Shown here: positions 36,151 to 38,740 of the stretch, piece by piece
How positions within the stretch are numbered: position 1 is the first letter of the stretch
How the letters are laid out: every line of letters starts with the position of its first letter
Origin: Gammaproteobacteria bacterium
GTDB lineage: Bacteria > Pseudomonadota > Gammaproteobacteria > UBA9214
Reading direction: 5' to 3'
Assembly: GCA_049665685.1 (NCBI GenBank)
Contig: JBATGJ010000151.1
Coordinates: 1 to 38,740, forward strand
DNA: 38,740 nt
Made by a program: the position numbers and the translations under genes
The notes under the pieces: generated by a model
Database searches by the model: none
What the model was told of the DNA's origin: nothing
What the model saw: the letters and a program-made list of their open reading frames with translations, nothing else

Positions 36151-36530
36151 TAATCCTCATCAGGAAATTTTTCGCGTCTGCAAGGCGCTCCCGTGACACT
36201 CGCAAAATCAGCGGGAGCAGGCTTGCCCGTGGAAAGGCCGCATCATCTGCCATATTCGCGACCAGAACCGCCCCTGTCATCGGTCTGCTTGGCCTGTTGT
36301 GGCTCATTCCTGCCCTTGCTGCCGACTCCCTCGATCTGGAGGGCGCCACCATCACCGGCAGCCAGGAGCTACCCAAGGCACTGCACATCGTGCCGTGGAA
36401 ATCGGCCGTGGCGGGTGATCTCGCCGGGCGGCCACTGAACAGCCTGGTCGATGAGATCCTTGCACCCGTCGACCGTGACGTATTTCTCAGGGAACTCGAA
36501 TATTACGAAGCAGTTCACAGTTCCGAGTGA
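36147..36530 (+). CDS. Small basic/secreted protein of unknown function
   Basis: 127 aa with an ATGA overlap with the upstream stop. An Arg/Lys-rich N-terminus precedes the hydrophobic segment VIGLLGLLWLIPALAADS. The mature part contains ELPKALHIVPWK. Confidence 0.55.
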   Translation: MIILIRKFFASARRSRDTRKISGSRLARGKAASSAIFATRTAPVIGLLGLLWLIPALAADSLDLEGATITGSQELPKALHIVPWKSAVAGDLAGRPLNSLVDEILAPVDRDVFLRELEYYEAVHSSE

Positions 36531-36644
36531 GTCGGGAATATAAGGTAGGAAGGCGTGTAAACCTTGCCAAGACCATGTCGATAAGGACAGAAGCGACGAG
36601 GCACGGCAAGCCATCTCTCAAGGGGAAGCAACAGGAGCATCACT

Positions 36645-37298
36645 ATGGATATCTATAACACCGTGGTCGGATTCTTCCAGTCCGGCGGTATCTTCATGTA
36701 TCCGATCGTTATCGTGCTGGCACTGGGCATGGCGATCGCAATCGAGCGCTGGTTCTATCTCAGCATGGCGCGATCCAGCAACCATCGCCTGTGGAAGAAG
36801 ATCCATCCGCATCTGGCAAAGGGCGATCTGATGCAGGTGGCGCTGCTGACCGAGAAATCACGCTCGGCCATCAGCCACATTTTCAGTTATGGCCTCAGCC
36901 GTGCCCGCACCTCGCGCCGTCGTGATGATGTCGAGATTGCGATGGAAGAGGGTCTGATGGAAACGGTACCGAACCTCGAGAAACGTACCGGCTACCTGGC
37001 AACCTTCGCCAATATCGCCACCCTGCTTGGCCTGCTCGGCACTATCATCGGCCTGATCCAGGCCTTTACTGCGGTGGCCTCGGCCAACCCGTCGGAGAAG
37101 GCCGACATGCTGTCTGCGAGTATTTCAGTCGCGATGAACACCACGGCCTTCGGCCTGATGGTCGCGATTCCACTACTGCTGATCTACGCCGTGCTGCAGA
37201 CCAAGACCACGCAACTGGTCGACAGCCTGGAGATGGCCTCGGTGAAGTTCCTCAACAGCCTGACGGATAGCCAGGTCAGCGGGGCGAAAGCCGGATGA
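36645..37298 (+). CDS. exbB: MotA/TolQ/ExbB-family proton channel
   Basis: 217 aa with three TM segments. FMYPIVIVLALGMAIAIERWF and TFANIATLLGLLGTIIGLIQAF are typical of ExbB/TolQ. An AGGAG RBS precedes the ATG. Confidence 0.85.
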   Translation: MDIYNTVVGFFQSGGIFMYPIVIVLALGMAIAIERWFYLSMARSSNHRLWKKIHPHLAKGDLMQVALLTEKSRSAISHIFSYGLSRARTSRRRDDVEIAMEEGLMETVPNLEKRTGYLATFANIATLLGLLGTIIGLIQAFTAVASANPSEKADMLSASISVAMNTTAFGLMVAIPLLLIYAVLQTKTTQLVDSLEMASVKFLNSLTDSQVSGAKAG

Positions 37299-37813
37299 GA
37301 CGCCGTCTGAATCGCCGTCGGCAGATGGAGGAACCGGCGGACATCAATATCACCGCGTTTATGAACCTGATGGTGATACTGGTGCCGTTCCTGCTGATTA
37401 CGGCCGTGTTCTCGCGCATTACCGTGCTGGAACTCAGCCTGCCGGCCGCGGCCGAGCACGAACAGAACATCCAGCAACCGCTGTTCAACCTGGAGATTAT
37501 CGTGCGCGGCAACAGTATTGCCGTAGGTGACCGTGATGGCGGACTGCTAAGAAGCCTGCCTCGCGTTAACGGTGAATACGACTACGAACAGCTCTCGCGG
37601 CTGTTGCAACAGATCAAGGCGCGCTTCCCCGAAAAGCTTGACGCCACCCTGTTGCTGGAGAGCGATACCCCCTACGACACGCTCGTACAGGTCATGGACC
37701 GGGTGCGGGCCGCACAGGTCGTGGTAGCGGGCAGCGTTCAAAGCGCGGAGCTGTTCCCAGAAATCTCGATCGGCGATGCGCCGCTCACCAACACGAGGAT
37801 GGCCGGCAAATGA
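37295..37813 (+). CDS. exbD: ExbD/TolR-family protein 1
   Basis: 172 aa with an ATGA overlap. A basic N-terminus precedes INITAFMNLMVILVPFLLI, an ExbD-type single TM segment. Confidence 0.8.
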   Translation: MRRRLNRRRQMEEPADINITAFMNLMVILVPFLLITAVFSRITVLELSLPAAAEHEQNIQQPLFNLEIIVRGNSIAVGDRDGGLLRSLPRVNGEYDYEQLSRLLQQIKARFPEKLDATLLLESDTPYDTLVQVMDRVRAAQVVVAGSVQSAELFPEISIGDAPLTNTRMAGK

Positions 37814-38316
37814 TCATGTCACGCCGCGCCCAGCGGATGGAAAAGCACCACAAGCGCAAACGCAGCGTGCTGGGTATCAATCTCGTCTCGTTGATGGATA
37901 TCTTCACCATCCTGGTATTCTTCCTGCTGGTGAATTCCTCTGATGGCGAAGTGCTGCCGACACACAAGTCGGTGGTGCTGCCGGAATCAGTTGCCGAGGA
38001 ACAGCCGCGCCAGACCATCGTCATCATGGTCAACCCGGAGAATGTCCTGCTGCATGGCAAGGTCATTGCCCCGGTCGATGCGGTCATGAAGGCAAAGGGT
38101 GCAACCTACGCACCGCTCAAGGCCGTACTGCTCACCGAACTCGCCAAAGCGCTGCAGAAGCAGTCTGCCGACAAACCGGTCAAAGTGGAAGCCACCATTA
38201 TGGGTGACAAGACCATCCCGTTCAGCCTGCTGAAGAAAGTCATGGCGACCTGTACCGAGGCCGGTTATCACCGCGTGTCGCTTGCCGTCCTGCAGAAGCC
38301 GTTGGAGGGAGTCTGA
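37810..38316 (+). CDS. exbD: ExbD/TolR-family protein 2
   Basis: 168 aa with an ATGA overlap. INLVSLMDIFTILVFFLLV is an ExbD-type TM segment. Confidence 0.8.
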   Translation: MIMSRRAQRMEKHHKRKRSVLGINLVSLMDIFTILVFFLLVNSSDGEVLPTHKSVVLPESVAEEQPRQTIVIMVNPENVLLHGKVIAPVDAVMKAKGATYAPLKAVLLTELAKALQKQSADKPVKVEATIMGDKTIPFSLLKKVMATCTEAGYHRVSLAVLQKPLEGV

Positions 38317-38740
38317 TGCCGGCAGGCGCGCTGAATTTCTACATGACGTGGGGCGTTGCGAACGACGATGATCGCCGCTTCAGTCGCATTGTCCGCAACA
38401 ACCTGCTGATCGTGCTGATGCTGGGTCTCGCCATGCCGTTTCTGCCATTGCCCGAGATCGAAAAACCGGTACAGGAGGAACCGCCGCGACTGGCCAAGCT
38501 GATCTTCGAGAAAGAGGTCATCAAGCCACCACCGCCTCCGCCTCCGCCAAAGGTCGAGGTGAAGAAACCGAAACCATTGCCGAAGAAGGCGGAAAAGCCG
38601 AAGCCGGTGAAGAAGCCGAAGCAGGTGGTGGTCAAAAAGCCGAAGCCGGTGAAACCGAAAGTCACGGCGCGTCAGAAGGCCGAAAAGTCCGGGCTGCTGG
38701 CACTGAGTGATTCACTGTCTGACTTGCGTCAGAACACGGT
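38316..38740 (+). CDS. tonB: TonB-like energy transducer (partial, continues past window end)
   Basis: Absent from the ORF track because it has no stop in the window. The ATG at 38316 overlaps the previous stop (TGATG). Hand translation gives MPAGALNFYMTWGVANDDDRRFSRIVRNNLLIVLMLGLAMPF... (a TM anchor), then KPPPPPPPPKVEVKKPKPLPKKAEKPKPVKKPK, a Pro/Lys-rich spacer typical of TonB. Confidence 0.7.
   Translation, partial: MPAGALNFYMTWGVANDDDRRFSRIVRNNLLIVLMLGLAMPFLPLPEIEKPVQEEPPRLAKLIFEKEVIKPPPPPPPPKVEVKKPKPLPKKAEKPKPVKKPKQVVVKKPKPVKPKVTARQKAEKSGLLALSDSLSDLRQNT

Noticed and set aside
38339-38665. A 108-aa Gly/Phe-rich ORF on the minus strand (…GFGFLTTTCFGFFTGFGF…GGGGGGGG…).
   Set aside because: It is the reverse-complement reading of the Pro/Lys-rich spacer of the TonB-like gene (CCN/AAR codons give GGN/YTT), so it is a composition artefact.

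Overview
High-GC (about 60-68% in most coding lines I hand-counted) proteobacterial-looking chromosome segment, densely coded. I saw no rRNA, tRNA, CRISPR array, transposase or integrase. All family names below come from motif recognition by eye, not from searches.

Gene blocks in order:
(1) 1-2463 (-): an RnfB-like Fe-S protein gene followed by a fused pyruvate/2-oxoacid:ferredoxin oxidoreductase gene that runs off the left edge.
(2) 2743-6655 (-): a translationally coupled operon of an OCD/mu-crystallin enzyme plus a three-component HcnABC/OoxAB/LhpBEF-type flavo-Fe-S dehydrogenase.
(3) 6913-13326 (+): a membrane-anchored pentaheme cytochrome c fused to TPR repeats, a CRTAC1-type FG-GAP/UnbV protein, and a secreted TPR protein.
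(4) 13481-13795 (-): a small secreted Gly/Tyr/Trp/Pro repeat protein, possibly a sulfur-globule-envelope-like protein. It is built from perfect 24-nt DNA repeats and sits downstream of a perfect FNR-type box.
(5) 13975-15310: an alpha/beta hydrolase lipoprotein divergent from an EncFtn-like mini-ferritin that has no encapsulin partner.
(6) 15509-29831: the most unusual region.
- A six-gene minus-strand operon encodes an HzsA-like beta-propeller heme lipoprotein, an SH3-beta-barrel, a beta-barrel lipoprotein, a TlpA thioredoxin, DUF4266 and DUF3570.
- It is divergent from a three-gene operon of 'planctomycete-type' CXXCH proteins (one with a LamG domain) and a Tat-exported DUF1501-like protein.
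- These are followed by a low-GC REC-REC regulator, an Hpt protein and the flavin transferase ApbE.
(7) 30073-38740 (+): a nine-gene operon encoding small secreted proteins, three large TPR proteins, ExbB, two ExbD and a TonB-like protein that runs off the right edge. No TonB-dependent receptor is in view. A perfect CRP-type palindrome lies upstream.

Two intergenic regions carry copies of a REP/MITE-like stem-loop family.
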